From: Coniocarpon cinnabarinum
Taxonomy: Eukaryota
Assembly (NCBI GenBank): GCA_051942205.1
Contig: JAVECO010000010.1
Span: 62,001 to 126,000, forward strand
DNA length: 64,000 nucleotides
Reading direction: 5' to 3'
Under the pieces are notes generated by a model that searched no databases, was not told the origin of the DNA, and saw nothing but the letters and a program-made list of their open reading frames with translations. The translations under genes were made by a program, and so were the position numbers. Positions within the stretch are counted from its first letter, which is position 1; every line of letters starts with the position of its first letter. Shown here piece after piece: positions 48,201-60,680 of the stretch.

Positions 48201-51200
48201 GACTCTATCGCCAGTCGTTGTCCAACTCGCCATGAGCTGCATACAAGTCGCCCTGGCACATATGTGGTGTGCTTGGGGACTGAAGCCTTTGGCCGTCATC
48301 GGCCATAGTCTCGGTGAATATGCAGCATTGCACATTGCAGGCGTGATCTCAGCCAATGACATGTTGCGCCTCGTCGGCCGTCGCGCAGAGCTGCTTGTGT
48401 CAATGTGCACAGAGTTCACGCACGGAATGCTCGCCGTCAAGGGCAGCGAGGACTCAGTGATGGATGTGCTAGGCTCGAGCATGACCGAGGTCGCTTGCAA
48501 GAATGGTCCCGAGGAGACTGTCCTCTGCGGACCCATGGACGCCGTCAACAAGGCAAATGAATCACTGCTTGCAGCAGGCTTCAAGTCAACTATGTTGAAG
48601 GTGCCTTTTGCTTTCCATTCGGCGCAGGTGGAACCAATCTTGGATCCTTTTAGAGCTGTTGCGCAGTCCGTGGTCTTCAACAAGCCCCAGATTCCTGTCC
48701 TTTCACCCCTGACTGGAGATGTTGTTCACGGGGCAGGTGTCATCAATGCGGACTACATGTGTCGACACGCACGTGAGACTGTCGACTTCAACACAGCGCT
48801 CGACTCCGGTCTGAACGAAGCAGTCTTCACCGAGAAGACTGCCTGGGTTGAGATTGGTGCGCATCCCGTCTGCTCGAACATGGTCAAGGCTACCCTAGGT
48901 AGTAGCACTGTTACTGCCCCATCACTGCGCCGTGGCGAAGACCCCTGGAAAACCATCACAGGAAGTTTGACGTCGCTTTTCCAAGCCGGTGTTTATGTCA
49001 ACTTCGACGAATATCATCGCGAGTTCAATGAGTGTCACGAAATCTTGGTCTTGCCAACTTATGCTTTTGACAGCAAGAAATACTGGCTCGACTACCACAA
49101 CAATTGGACACTGACAAAGGGCGAAGCGCACGCTGCCCCCAAAGAATTGCCTGCCCCAGAGCCAACTCCCTCGAAGTTCTCCACGACATCTTGCCAGCGC
49201 ATTATCAAGGAAGAACTGCAGGCCAACACAGGGACAGTCGTCTTCCAGACAAACTTAGCAGACCCTAAGCTTGCTACAGCTGTGCAAGGTCACCTCGTCA
49301 ACCAAAATCCACTGCTGCCATCTTCGCTCTGGGCCGATCAGGCCCTCACCGTTGCAGATTATCTTTACAAAGGGCTGCGACCCAAGGCTGACAAGATCGG
49401 ATTGAATGTCTGCCAGATGGAGGTGCCCAAATCACTCGTTGCTAAGGTCCCGCCACCGCCAGAGGGCGAACACATCCAGATTGAAGGCACTGCTGACTTG
49501 GAAGCGCGTCATGCCCTGATCAAATTCCGCAGTGTCACACCCGATGGCAAGAAGACCTTGACCGAGCATGCTCACTGCACTGTCAAATACGAGGACATCA
49601 ACGAGTGGTACGAGAGCTGGGACATGACATCTTACATGGTCAAGAACCAGATCGATAGTCTCAAGACACGATTAGCCACTGGCGGTGCACACAAGGTGTT
49701 GCGGGGCATGGCGTACAAGCTATTCAAGAACTTTGTGGACTATTCACCAGAGTTCCGTGGCATGGAAGAAGTCATCTTCGATGGTAAGGACGCTGAGGCT
49801 ACCGCCACTATCTCCTTCCAGACCAGTGAGAAGAACGGCTCGTATCACACAGCTCCCTTCTGGATCGACAGTCTGGCACACTTGTCTGGTTTCATTGTCA
49901 ATGGCACTGACCTCATTGACTCTGACAACTTCCTCTACATTTCTCATGGCTGGGGATCTATGAGATTCGCTCGTGAGCTATCTGCCGACAAGAAGTACAC
50001 TAGCTATGTGCGCATGCTACCCAAGCCTGGCAATGTCCGTGCGGGTGATGTCTACATCTTCGAAGGTGAAGAGCTTGTGGGTGTTGTTGGTGGCCTCAAG
50101 TTCCAGCAGATCCCACGCAAAGCGATGAACGCAATGTTGCCTCCACCAAAGCCCGCAGGCTCTGCTCCTAAGTCAGCCGCCCCTGCACCCAAGGTTGCAG
50201 CCAAACCAGCTCCCATTCAGACGTCTACTAAGCCCAAGGCTTCTACACCGGCTGCTAAACCAGCTAAGTCGCCCAAGACAGCGAAACCAAGCATGGGATC
50301 AGTCACTGCTAAGGTTATGTCCATCGTCGCTGAAGAGACAGATGTTGACATGGCAGAGCTTGTCGATGAAGCAGCTTTCGAGAACCTCGGCGTTGACTCA
50401 CTCCTGTCCCTCACGATTGCTGCCAAACTCCGTGAGGAGCTCGAGCTGGATATTCCCTCCTCCCTGTTCACAGACAATGAGACTGTGGGCGCTTTGAAGA
50501 AATACTTCTCACAGCATGAGGATGCAGCTGCGCCTGAGCCATCAGACTCCGACTCGTCATCTTCGGACGAGCTTGCTACGCCAGATGCTGATGACGACAA
50601 CAGCACAGCCCCAAGTTCGCCGCCCAGTGTCTCTGAGGTCGACGAGAAGCCTTCAGCTGTCAGCTCAGCAGGCATCAGCGTTGCCAAACTGATTGTCGCT
50701 GAGGAGATGGGCGTCGCGCCCGCCGAACTATCAGATCAAGCAGACCTCTCAGAAATGGGTATGGATTCGCTGATGAGCTTGACAGTCCTCAGCAGTCTCA
50801 GAGAACAGACCGGTGTCGACCTTCCATCCACATTCCTGGTTACTAACAGCACCATCGAAGACATCGAGAATGCTCTGGGCATGCGCGCTAAGCCAAAGCC
50901 CGCTCCGGCTCCGAAACCAGCCTCCAAGGCACGAAAGTCATCATCTAAGGAGCCGCAGCTCGATGCAGTCACAGCTAAGCTAAGTGTAGTGCCCAAGGAT
51001 GTCTCAAACTGTCCTAAGGCGACCTCTGTTCTGCTTCAAGGTTCCACTAAAACGGCGACGAAGAAATTCTTCCTCATCCCTGACGGATCTGGGTCGGCCA
51101 CATCATACATGAACATCCCAGCGGTAAGCTCCGATGTAGCTATCTACGGCCTCAACTGTCCCTTTATGAAGAATCCGACCCAGTGGACCATTGGTGTCGA

Positions 51201-51858
51201 TGGCGTCTCTCAGTTGTTCATTAACGAGATCAAGCGTCGACAGCCCCAGGGACCATACTACATTGGTGGCTGGTCAGCTGGAGGTGTCATGGCATACGAG
51301 AGCACTTGCCAGCTGATCGCTGCCGGCGAGAAAGTTGAGCGTCTGGTCCTGCTGGATGCGCCATCCCCGGAAATGGCCAGTGAGCCTCTTCCGCCTGGCT
51401 TTCACTTGTTCATGAACGAGCTCGGCCTGCTTGGAACCGGTGGTCCCACCGCCACTCCTGAGTGGCTGCTTCCTCACTTCGCATCCGCCATTCGATCGCT
51501 CGGCGAGTATGTTCCACAGCCACTACCAAAACACAAAGCACCCAAGACCTTTGCCATCTGGGCACGAAGTGGAATCGTCAAGCCCACTGACCCAAGACCA
51601 CCATGTGATGGTCCAGAGCCTCGACCCATGACCTGGCTGCTTGACCAACGAACAGACTTTGGCGACAATGGTTGGGGTCAGCTGCTTGGCGCAGAGAACA
51701 TGTCATATGGTGTAATGGACGGTAATCACTTCTCCATGGTCCGGGAGCCTTTGGTAAGTTTTACATACTCCGATTGCTATCCAAGTATCCATTGTGCTAA
51801 CCAACTTTATCAGGTTGCCGAACTGGCCAAGCTCATCAAGCAAGGACTTGACGCATAA
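45285..51858 (+). CDS. PKS1: Non-reducing iterative type I PKS, SAT-KS-AT-PT-ACP-ACP-TE, DHN-melanin (T4HN synthase) type (~2151 aa)
   Basis: SAT GLCTG, KS DTACSSS and EMHGTGTQAGD, AT GHSLG, two ACP DSL motifs, TE GWSAG and GNHF. Introns 45563-45620 and 51754-51813. Confidence 0.95.
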
Positions 51859-52423
51859 GACAAGTCCATCGAGCTCATCGTCGTGGCATTCTTCACCACC
51901 TCCTCAGACATCGTCATCGTCAATGAACTCGGATGGGCACCCGAACATCGACATAGACTTTTGTCTACCCCACCTGCACGACCTACCACGAGGATGAGTC
52001 TCATTCTTGACGACTTCAAAAGCATTTCGATTCCTTTTTTACTCACGTTTTATACACGGTTGTTGGATTGGTGATCGGCTGAATGGGCATCGGTACGAGC
52101 ACCCAGCGCAACAACACAGGACTTACTACACATCATTTCGTTTGGCGTGATTATATTGCATTCTAGCGAGGGCAGGATTTCGATTTCACAGCATTACAAT
52201 GGCGCTTACGATAATGGTCATAATGGGTTTAGATTACAGTACAGACGTTTCGAGATTGCAAATAGATGGATTATGGCTTTGGGCAGCTAATCGTATTTAC
52301 ATTTGCACAGTAATGAACCTCATTTACACAAAACGTTCGGCTTCCAGCCAGTTAACACGTTTCTTTTTCATCTTCTTTGTTGGCTCCCCGTACCATCAAC
52401 AACGGCCATATTGCCTAGCAGTC

Positions 52424-52663
52424 AACTGATGATTCCTGTTCCTGCTGATCGTTACAGGCACCGCAAATCCGGCGAGGTACTCGACCCCTCGAAACCAGTA
52501 AGCGAGATTCCACCCAGTGCCACGGTCAATGCCGTGTCACCCAGATATCCGAGATCCGGCGCCTCCAACCGATCTCCGAACCCGCCCGTTGGAGACGATT
52601 GATTACACCTGCGCGTTGCCCCGCTCCGAAGGGGCAACGAGCATATGTTTCACAGCATCAGCC
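52424..52663 (-). ncRNA. Candidate structured non-coding RNA, family not recognised
   Basis: A terminal closing stem encloses six hairpins, three of them directly abutting. Several pairs are G-U on the minus strand but A-C mismatches on the plus strand. Confidence 0.5.
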
Positions 52664-53561
52664 ATCTCCGGACAGTCCTATTCTTCGTGGGATTCGGCAC
52701 GCGGGTCATGCAGTGGAAGAGGACGTCGTGTCGTGGTGCGATTGTGCTTGCTGGGTGAAGTTGCACTGCCGGTGTGGATGCTGTTGGGGGTGCGGATGTG
52801 GGTCGAGGTGTGGATGGAGGTGTGCGGTAGGTTGGGGTGCCGGTAAGGGGTTGAAACTGATGTACCGCCGTGTTGTGCATCTCACGTGACGAAAGAAAAA
52901 TCCTCTTTGGGACCGCGGTGCATTGCACGTGACTTAGCGGAAGAACGATAGTCCGCTATGATGAGCCTATCAGAAATTACCTATATTCTTGCGATGTCGA
53001 TGCACTTGTACCTAATCTCACACGTTGACCCGTCGGAGTCTTTGAAAGGCTTCTGCTGGTTTGAGAACAATATAGCGTGGCTGACCTGGGCATGCAGAGA
53101 GAGTGTTTACTTGTGCAGGCTCTCAGAAGTCCCTATCTCCGATGCTTTCTTTGATGACTACGTTTTAACGGTGCGCAAAAATGAAGGCAAATGACACCCT
53201 TGTTTGCACTTACCACCCTCAATGGCATAAGCGTGTATGCCCGTTGTCTATGAACACGGTATGCAGACCATGATGTAAAGTGTGCACGTCTGACTGAGAC
53301 CCCAACATTGGTTCGCCTGTAAGCTTTGCTTTGGCGAGTGATCCCGCGCTTTCGTTCCTGCAACCTTTCACAGCTGTCCTCCGGCCCGTGAGAAACATAT
53401 GATCATCTGTTCGATGTCGTGCGATGTCGAGACGTATGAGCTCGCGTCTGGACAGTTGGCGTGAACCTTACTGTCTTCAAATATCCGGTTACGTTCGTCA
53501 ACAAACATGCAGCCATGGCTGGTCGACACATCCGATGATCTGCTTGTGAATTACCGCCCTC

Positions 53562-54110
53562 ATGTCTGCCGACATAAACCAAGACCAAACCCGCTCGTTG
53601 CGATTCGGCCATCTCGAGCACCCTAACGGCCAATTGTGGCAACAGCTCAATCGAGAGCCTGCCAAAGACCCCAACGGCCAGCCAAAAGAAGGCAAACAGG
53701 ACGGTCTCATCACCATTCGATGCTGGTACTTGCCAGAGCACAAGGATGATGTTGAACGCATTTGCGATGCACTTCGCGAACACGCCTCCAACGTCGAAGC
53801 TGCATTCCTCACACTCAAATTCGAGGAGTCTCTCAAACTGCTGAAGCCGCCGTCTCAGGACAACAAATGGACATTTGAGCTCCGGTATGCAACCTTTGTT
53901 GCTCGCTAGACTACGCGCCTGGCGAATACTTTATACTGATGCGAGTTAAGATCCGCAAAAGTCAAATCTGGCGATGCTATAGCAGAGATCAAGCTGCGCA
54001 TCGAGGCCTTCAATTGTTTCAAGTCTCATTGGTTCAGACTCAACATGGACACCGGTGACGTTCATCACAAGAGGCTCACTGAATTGATACCTGTCAAAGC
54101 TACTGCTTGA
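53562..54110 (+). CDS. Small hypothetical protein (160 aa)
   Basis: Intron 53885-53950 (GTATGC...CTGAT...AAG) extends the ORF in frame to TGA 54108-54110. Confidence 0.7.
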
Positions 54111-54843
54111 TGTCGCCCCTTGCCATTACTGGTGCAAGCGACTGGAGAATCAAGACAATTTGGTACATCCAAGTTCAATTTCCGACTATGGGTTATAAAA
54201 GTATGCGCACTTGTAGTCTGACTCGCACAAGCTTCTCACACTGGGCGACTCTGTTCAACACCCTTATTGTCGCGTCATCTGCCTCCATGTCATGCCGCTG
54301 ATTGAAGTCTGCAGCTCGCTCCTGGCACTGAGTCCCGAGAATACGGATACAATTTGACCAGGGGAGGAGAAATTTTTATTGCCGCAGGGCCCCTCCTGAG
54401 TGATAGCACTGTGTGGCGGGAGCTATACTTGACTGAGACTGTTTGGTCCGGCGTCACAGACGCCAGTGCACGCTTTGAGTAGGGGCTGTCAGGGGGGCTC
54501 GCAGATCACCGCCTGAACCAACAAGCTTCACCAATTCTACTCCGAGGCATGTCGCGGTGGGTTTATTGTTCAGAAGACGTAGTTTGTATGGTTGATATGA
54601 CCATCAGATGGACGCGGCGTCAACATACAAAGCATGGAACGGCTCTTGTCTGGTGTACGCATTATATTGGGAGGACTCTTCGCCTCGTCCAAACAAGCAA
54701 AAAGGGCTCGACGCCGCCCTCGCAGACGGTTATGGTTGTGGCTAACATGCTCTAGGGTGAATGGTCTTTGAGAGTTCCTCTACCCAAGGCTTTGTTCCAA
54801 CGCCGTGGGATGGTCCGCGGTGCCTAACTGCAGGACGACTACG

Positions 54844-56758
54844 ATGATGCTTTGGAATACTGCAAGCAAGCTTATCTGGCTCTTGTTACTACTCAAAATC
54901 ATCGTTGCCTCGCCGACCACCAAGTTGAAAGACCGCTCCGCATCACACGAACCTCGTCAAGTCCTAGATGGCACGCTCGGCGCCCTTGCAGGCGTCCTAG
55001 GTCAGAACCAAACTTTCGACTACGTTATCGTCGGCGCCGGCACCGCAGGCCTTGCGCTTGCGAACCGACTATCGCAAAATGGCCAATACCAAGTCGCTGT
55101 AATTGAAGCAGGGACGCTCTACCAAGTCACGGACCCTTTAATCGGGCAAACGCCAGCTGGCGATGTCGTCTTCTGCGGTGCGAGTGCCGTCGATAACGAT
55201 CCTGCTGTGGACTGGAGCTTCTTCACGACGCCGCAGACTGGCGCGAACGATCGAATCATTCACTATGCGCGTGGCAAGTGTCTTGGTGGGTCAAGCGCTC
55301 GAAATTTCATGATCTATCAGCGAGGCACACGGGGTTCCTTCCAGAAGTGGACGGATCAGGTTGGAGACGATTCGTTCCTGTTTGATAACGTGTTGCCCTA
55401 TTATAAGCAGAGCTGCCAGTTCACGCCGCCGAACACGACGAAACGTGCCCCCAACGCAACAGTAGAGTACAATGCCGGTGCTTTCGAGTCAACTGGAGGG
55501 CCACTCCATGTCAGCTATGCCAACTACGCGCAGACCTTTGACAGCTATCTCCAACCTGCCTTTAATGAAATTGGCATGCCCACTGCTAATGACTTCAATT
55601 CGGGTATCTTAGATGGAATACAGTATTGTTCGAGCACCATTGACCCAGCGACGGAGGTCCGCGCATCCTCGCAAGAGACTTTCCTTCAAGACGCCAAAGG
55701 GCGCAGCAATCTCAAAGTATTTCCAGCTCAGCATGGCGAAACGGATCCTCTTCGATGAGACCAAAACCGCAACTGGTGTGCTTGTTGAAGCCGCCCGGGC
55801 TGCGCCCTTCGTCCTCAGCGCACGGAAAGAAGTGGTCGTGAGCGCCGGCGCGTTTCAGTCGCCGCAGATGCTCATGGTATCTGGCATTGGGCCAGTGGAT
55901 ACACTAAACGCCCTCGACATCCCTGTGTTGGTGGGATATCCGCACGTCGGACAAAATATGTGGGATCACGTCTTCGCCGGCCCAACCTACCGCGTCAACC
56001 TCGAGACCTTTACCAGACTAGCGAACGATCCCGCTTACGTCGCCGCGCAGTTCGCAGGACCCTACAGCTTGCAACGAGAAGGACCACTTACCAATCCCGT
56101 AGCCGACATGCTCGGCTGGGAAAAAATCCCCTCAGATCTCCGCGCCGAGCTAACTCCAGAAGCACAATCAGACCTCTCGCAGTTTCCAGACGATTGGCCA
56201 GAGCTGGAGTACATCTCAGGCGCTGGATACGTTGGACAGTTAAATGATTTGATACTCGACCAGCCTAAAGACGGGTATCAATACGCAACCATTTTATCAA
56301 CGCTCGTGGCGCCCTTGTCAAGAGGTAATGTCACGATTACAAGCGCCGATACCAATGTCCTCCCCCTCGTTTCACCAAACTGGCTCACCTCGCCCACAGA
56401 CCAACAAGTCGCCATCGCCACCTTCAAACGCGCCCGCCAGGCCTTCGCATCGTCGTCATTGCAACGAGTCGTCATTGGCGACGAATACTTCCCCGGTGCG
56501 AATGTCACGACGGATGAGCAGATCTTGGAGAATTACAAGAATACCTTGTTGACCGTGTGGCATGCTAGTTGTACCTGTGCAATGGGGAAGAGTATTGAGG
56601 ATGGAGCGGTGGTGGATAGTCATGCACGGGTTTTCGGAGTGCAGGGACTGAGAGTGGTGGATGCGAGTGCTTTTGCGGTTTTGCCGCCGGGTCATCCGCA
56701 GAGTACCATTTATATGCTTGCGGAGAAGGTGGCGGCGCAGATGTTGAATGGCGAGTGA
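54844..56758 (+). CDS. Secreted GMC oxidoreductase (AA3), interrupted by a +1 frameshift at ~55720
   Basis: Signal peptide; VGAGTAG, RGKCLGGSS, VSAGAFQSPQMLMVSGIG, WHASCTC and LRVVDAS...PPGHP. The two halves are in different frames with no usable intron between them. Confidence 0.88.
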
Positions 56759-57021
56759 GCTTGACCATTGCTGGGGAGTCGTGTGTCGCCGATTCTATTA
56801 GAGCTGGCGATGTGCAGTCTCAGAGAGGGGCGACTGCTGAGCTCGACGAGATTCCTTGGAAGAAGGGGTTGCTGGAGGTGTATATGGCAGTTTGATGATC
56901 TGTGCGGCCAAACAAACTCATATCGATCTATGCAAATTCTATAATGATCCTGTACATCCGTCATGAGCTTCGTCGATATTCTCTGCCGTCGTTATGCGAA
57001 ATTGCGAAAGCAAACGTCACA

Positions 57022-58322
57022 CTATCCCAACCTCAACGCTGTCTCCGCCCTCGCCTTCCTTACCAACGGATCCTCCGGCAACCAAGCCGCCGCAATCCGG
57101 AACAACTCCCGCGCCCCATCATCATCGCCTAACCGCTGACACGCCACCCCCGTCCGATAATACACCTTCCCCCACGACGGCGCCGCCGGGAAATTCGGCC
57201 GCGGCGTGTCCGCATCGTCACCCATTTGCTCCCTCACCATATTGATCGACCGAAAGCCCCAGAATCGCGCATCGTCGGGCTGGTCCAACTTTAGGAAGAC
57301 CTCAATCATGTTGGCGACGAGCTTGATTCGGAGGGTCATCCGGACGATGCTGCCTTCTTGGTCTTTGAAGCGGCCTGTGCGGAGATAGGTGTCGAAGTAG
57401 AGATCCGCCCAGATGGTGCGGACGCGGCCGCTGACAATGATGTGCATCGCCCTGAAGGCATCTTCGTAGTATTGCTTTGCCTTTTTGTATTCTTTCTGGG
57501 CGATGGCTTTGTTGCCTTCGTCTTTGAGGCGGTCGCACTCGTCGAGGCATTCTTCGGGGGTGGGGAAGGAGGCGTTGAGTTTTTTGTGGAAGGCTTCTTG
57601 GACGGTTTCGTCGATGTCGCCGGTTATGGTGGTGGAGGCGAGTCTTTTCACTTCTGTGAAGGGTTCGAGGAGGTCTTTTTGAGCTGTGCGCGAGAGCCGG
57701 TAGGGAAGTGCGGGATTGGAAGGAGACGGGAGCGTTTGTACTCTGAGGTTGAGGCGGAGGTACTGGTTGAAACCTTGGTGTCGCGCGTTAGCCAGAGCGT
57801 CGGGAGTAGTGCGCCCTCATCGCATGTTTTAACCATCTCGTGCATAACCAAACGGGCACTAGCAAACCAAGAGAAAAGCGCTAACGTACCTCCATAAGTC
57901 AGATCAGCATAAAACCACACCTTACAAAACTGCCACAAATCCTGCGCGCAAATGACAAACACCGTATTAAGCTGATGCTGAAATGCTCTCTCCGGCACGT
58001 CCACCTCCGCCATGATCTGATACAGGTTGAACCGCTTCGCCCGATCTCCGCGCATCATGATGGGGATGTTGCCCCGCGTCGACGCATGCTCCTCCGCCTC
58101 GGACCACGGCGTGTTGACGGTGACAAACGTGTTCTCATGCCGAAAGACTTCGACGGCTTCTTCGTGGAGTTGTTTATTCACGCGGAAGAGAGACGCTTGG
58201 AAGGCGTAGTCGTGGTGCTCGGCGCATTTGGTGTAGCGGACGTGGCGGGCGGCGAGGAGATATGTGAATATGCGGCCGCGGATCTCGACGGGGAGAGACA
58301 GTAGACGACTATGATCGGTCAT
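57022..58322 (-). CDS. Protein with an F-box-like N-terminus and C-terminal TPR-like helices (~394 aa)
   Basis: LLSLPVEIRGRIFTYLL, LKDEGNKAIAQKEYKKAKQYYEDA and KVYYRTG...A..LP.D; intron 57774-57889. Confidence 0.8.
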
Positions 58323-58568
58323 GTCTACTTGGTGCTGAGTTCTGTATGACTGCGCGACGCAGGCACATCGGACTAGAGCATCAATCAATGTCGCCGCCTG
58401 CTAGACAAAGAATGCTGTAGATGCCATCGGATAGTGCCACATTGGGAAATGCGTGAGCTCTACATTACCCCTAAGCTGGGGAGTTGAAACTGCACTTGCT
58501 GCTTTTTCTACGTGCTTTCAAGACTCTTCCTCTTGCTCACTGTCTTTGCCACCGAAGCATCTGTAACC

Positions 58569-60266
58569 ATGGATTTTGACTCACTCAGTAATCAGGTCCG
58601 CAACCTGACTGTCTCTGACATCAAGGCAGGATGGAGAAAGGCACAAAACGGTGAGTTGAAGACTATACGAGCCTGCGTCCGGACAATGCCATTCTGACGG
58701 TCACGCAGCGGTCATGAACTATACAGAGATGGAGGCCAAAGTCCGAGAAGCCACCAACAATGAGCCCTGGTACGCGCACTGGCCACTCATTAGACTTCGA
58801 AGTCAATGGCTCTAACCGAGTAGAAAAGGGGAGCATCGTCAACGCAGATGCAAGAGATCGCCAATGGCACCTTCAACTACGCCTCACTATCTGAGATCAT
58901 GCCCATGATCTACAAACGCTTCACAGAAAAGTCGGCCGAGGAATGGCGGCAAATCTACAAGGCGTTACAACTGCTCGAGTTCCTGATCAAGAACGGAAGC
59001 GAACGCGTGATTGACGACGCACGATCACACATGAGCCTGTTGAAGATGCTCCGGCAATTCCACTACATGGACCAGAATGGCAAAGACCAGGGCATTAATG
59101 TTCGAAACAGGAGTAAAGAGCTTTGCGATTTATTGGCTGACGTTGACCGCATCCGCGCCGAAAGAAAGAAAGCAAGAGCAACGAGAAACAAGTACGGTGG
59201 CACGGAAGGTGGCATTGGCGTTGGACCAATGTCCGGCGGCCGATACGGAGGCTTCGGCAACGACTCAGGCGGTGGTCTCGGTGGTGGCTATGGCGGATTC
59301 TCCGGTGGTGTCTACGGCGACGGTGGGGGCTTTGGCGGCCAAGAATCTGCAAGCGACTACAGCACTACACAATCAAGACGAGATCGATTCGACGAGTATG
59401 ACGAATACGACGACGGCGGCATAACCTCCCCTGCCGCACGAAGAAATCCGCCCAACCGAACCACTCCTGCGGCAAAACCGGAACCTCCGAAGAAAGAGCC
59501 AGAGGTTGATCTCTTTGAATTCGGAGAGGACGACATCAGCGCTGCGCCCATTGCGCCGCCCAAGTCGAATGGGAAAGCTCCTGCGCCATCTGCTTTGGAC
59601 GATTTCGGGACGATGCAATCGAGCTCAGGCGGCGGTGCGCTTGACGATGACTTCGACGACTTCCAGCAAGCTACGCCAACGAACACAGCGGCGAAACCTT
59701 TGCCAGCTGCGAACATCCTCTCGCCCGCTCAGTCCACAATCAATAACAGTGCTATACCACCTCCAGCAGCGCCCATTAACGCCCCTTCCTCCATTCCTCT
59801 CATGTCCCCGCCTGCATCCAACCCAACAAGACCGACATCGACAGCGAACTATGGCGCCTTTCACGCACCTGCACCCGCATCCACGCCATTAGCATCCACA
59901 CCTCTTCAATCACCGCCAGTGCAAACAAACCAGCCAAAATCTACTGGCTATCAACCGCAAGGTCCCAATTACTTCGGGTCCATCACTGCTGCGTCCACTG
60001 GTACATCGAACTCATCATCAGTCGCACCAAATGCAGGTATGGCGTCGACCGGCAGCAGCACAGCAAAGCCAATGGGCGGGCAAGCAGCCAAGAAACCAGC
60101 ATCGGGATCAGATCCCTTCGCATCACTGGCAATGGGCGGTCCCAAGAAAACAGCGAACCAGAAGGGACCAACGATGGCGGAGATTACGAAGCAGAAGGCA
60201 GATCAGGCGTTGTGGGGGGCGCCTGCTCAGCAAAGCGGGGGTGGTAGTGGAGGCAATTTAATCTAG
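58569..60266 (+). CDS. ENT3: Epsin-related ENTH protein, Ent3/epsinR
   Basis: VMNYTEMEAKVREATNNEPWGASS, EWRQIYKALQLLEFL and DQGINVR; DLF and DDFDDF motifs. Introns 58651-58708 and 58770-58828. Confidence 0.93.
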
Positions 60267-60680
60267 AAGCGTGACGAACGGCTGGAGTATATTGCGGATC
60301 AAAAGTCGTGAACATTTCGTGCAAGTCGCTGAGTTTGCGCACGAAATGATGAATACCTTATTGTAGCGCTCTAGCAATTTGAACGTCAATCTGAACTTTT
60401 ATCGGACTCAAATCAAGGTGTTCGTGTGCAAACTCTTATTCGTGTTTGCTCGCATAATCGCCTGTTGGTACATTGTCTAGTATGCATGGATCGAGGACCC
60501 TTTTTGAAGCACTGCAACTCAGACGCGACTCAATCGCCACCGAGGCGCTCCTCTAGTTGAATGTCCTGGTTTTCAAATTATTTCGTACGAAATAGTGAGC
60601 CACAGGGTCTCTAGTTGGTGCTCGGCACTCAGGCTTTGCAACGAATTCAAAATCTTCGATCTATTTAAACACTTTTCTCA

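Noticed and set aside
51754..51813. Read-through of the last PKS intron as coding, as shown in the ORF track
   Set aside because: Canonical GTAAGT...GCTAAC...CAG 60-nt intron; being in frame and stop-free is unremarkable at this length.
52452..52928. Protein-coding interpretation, or a prefoldin gene, downstream of the PKS
   Set aside because: ORFs are short or low-complexity, with no prefoldin similarity or splice signals; an RNA structure explains the region better.
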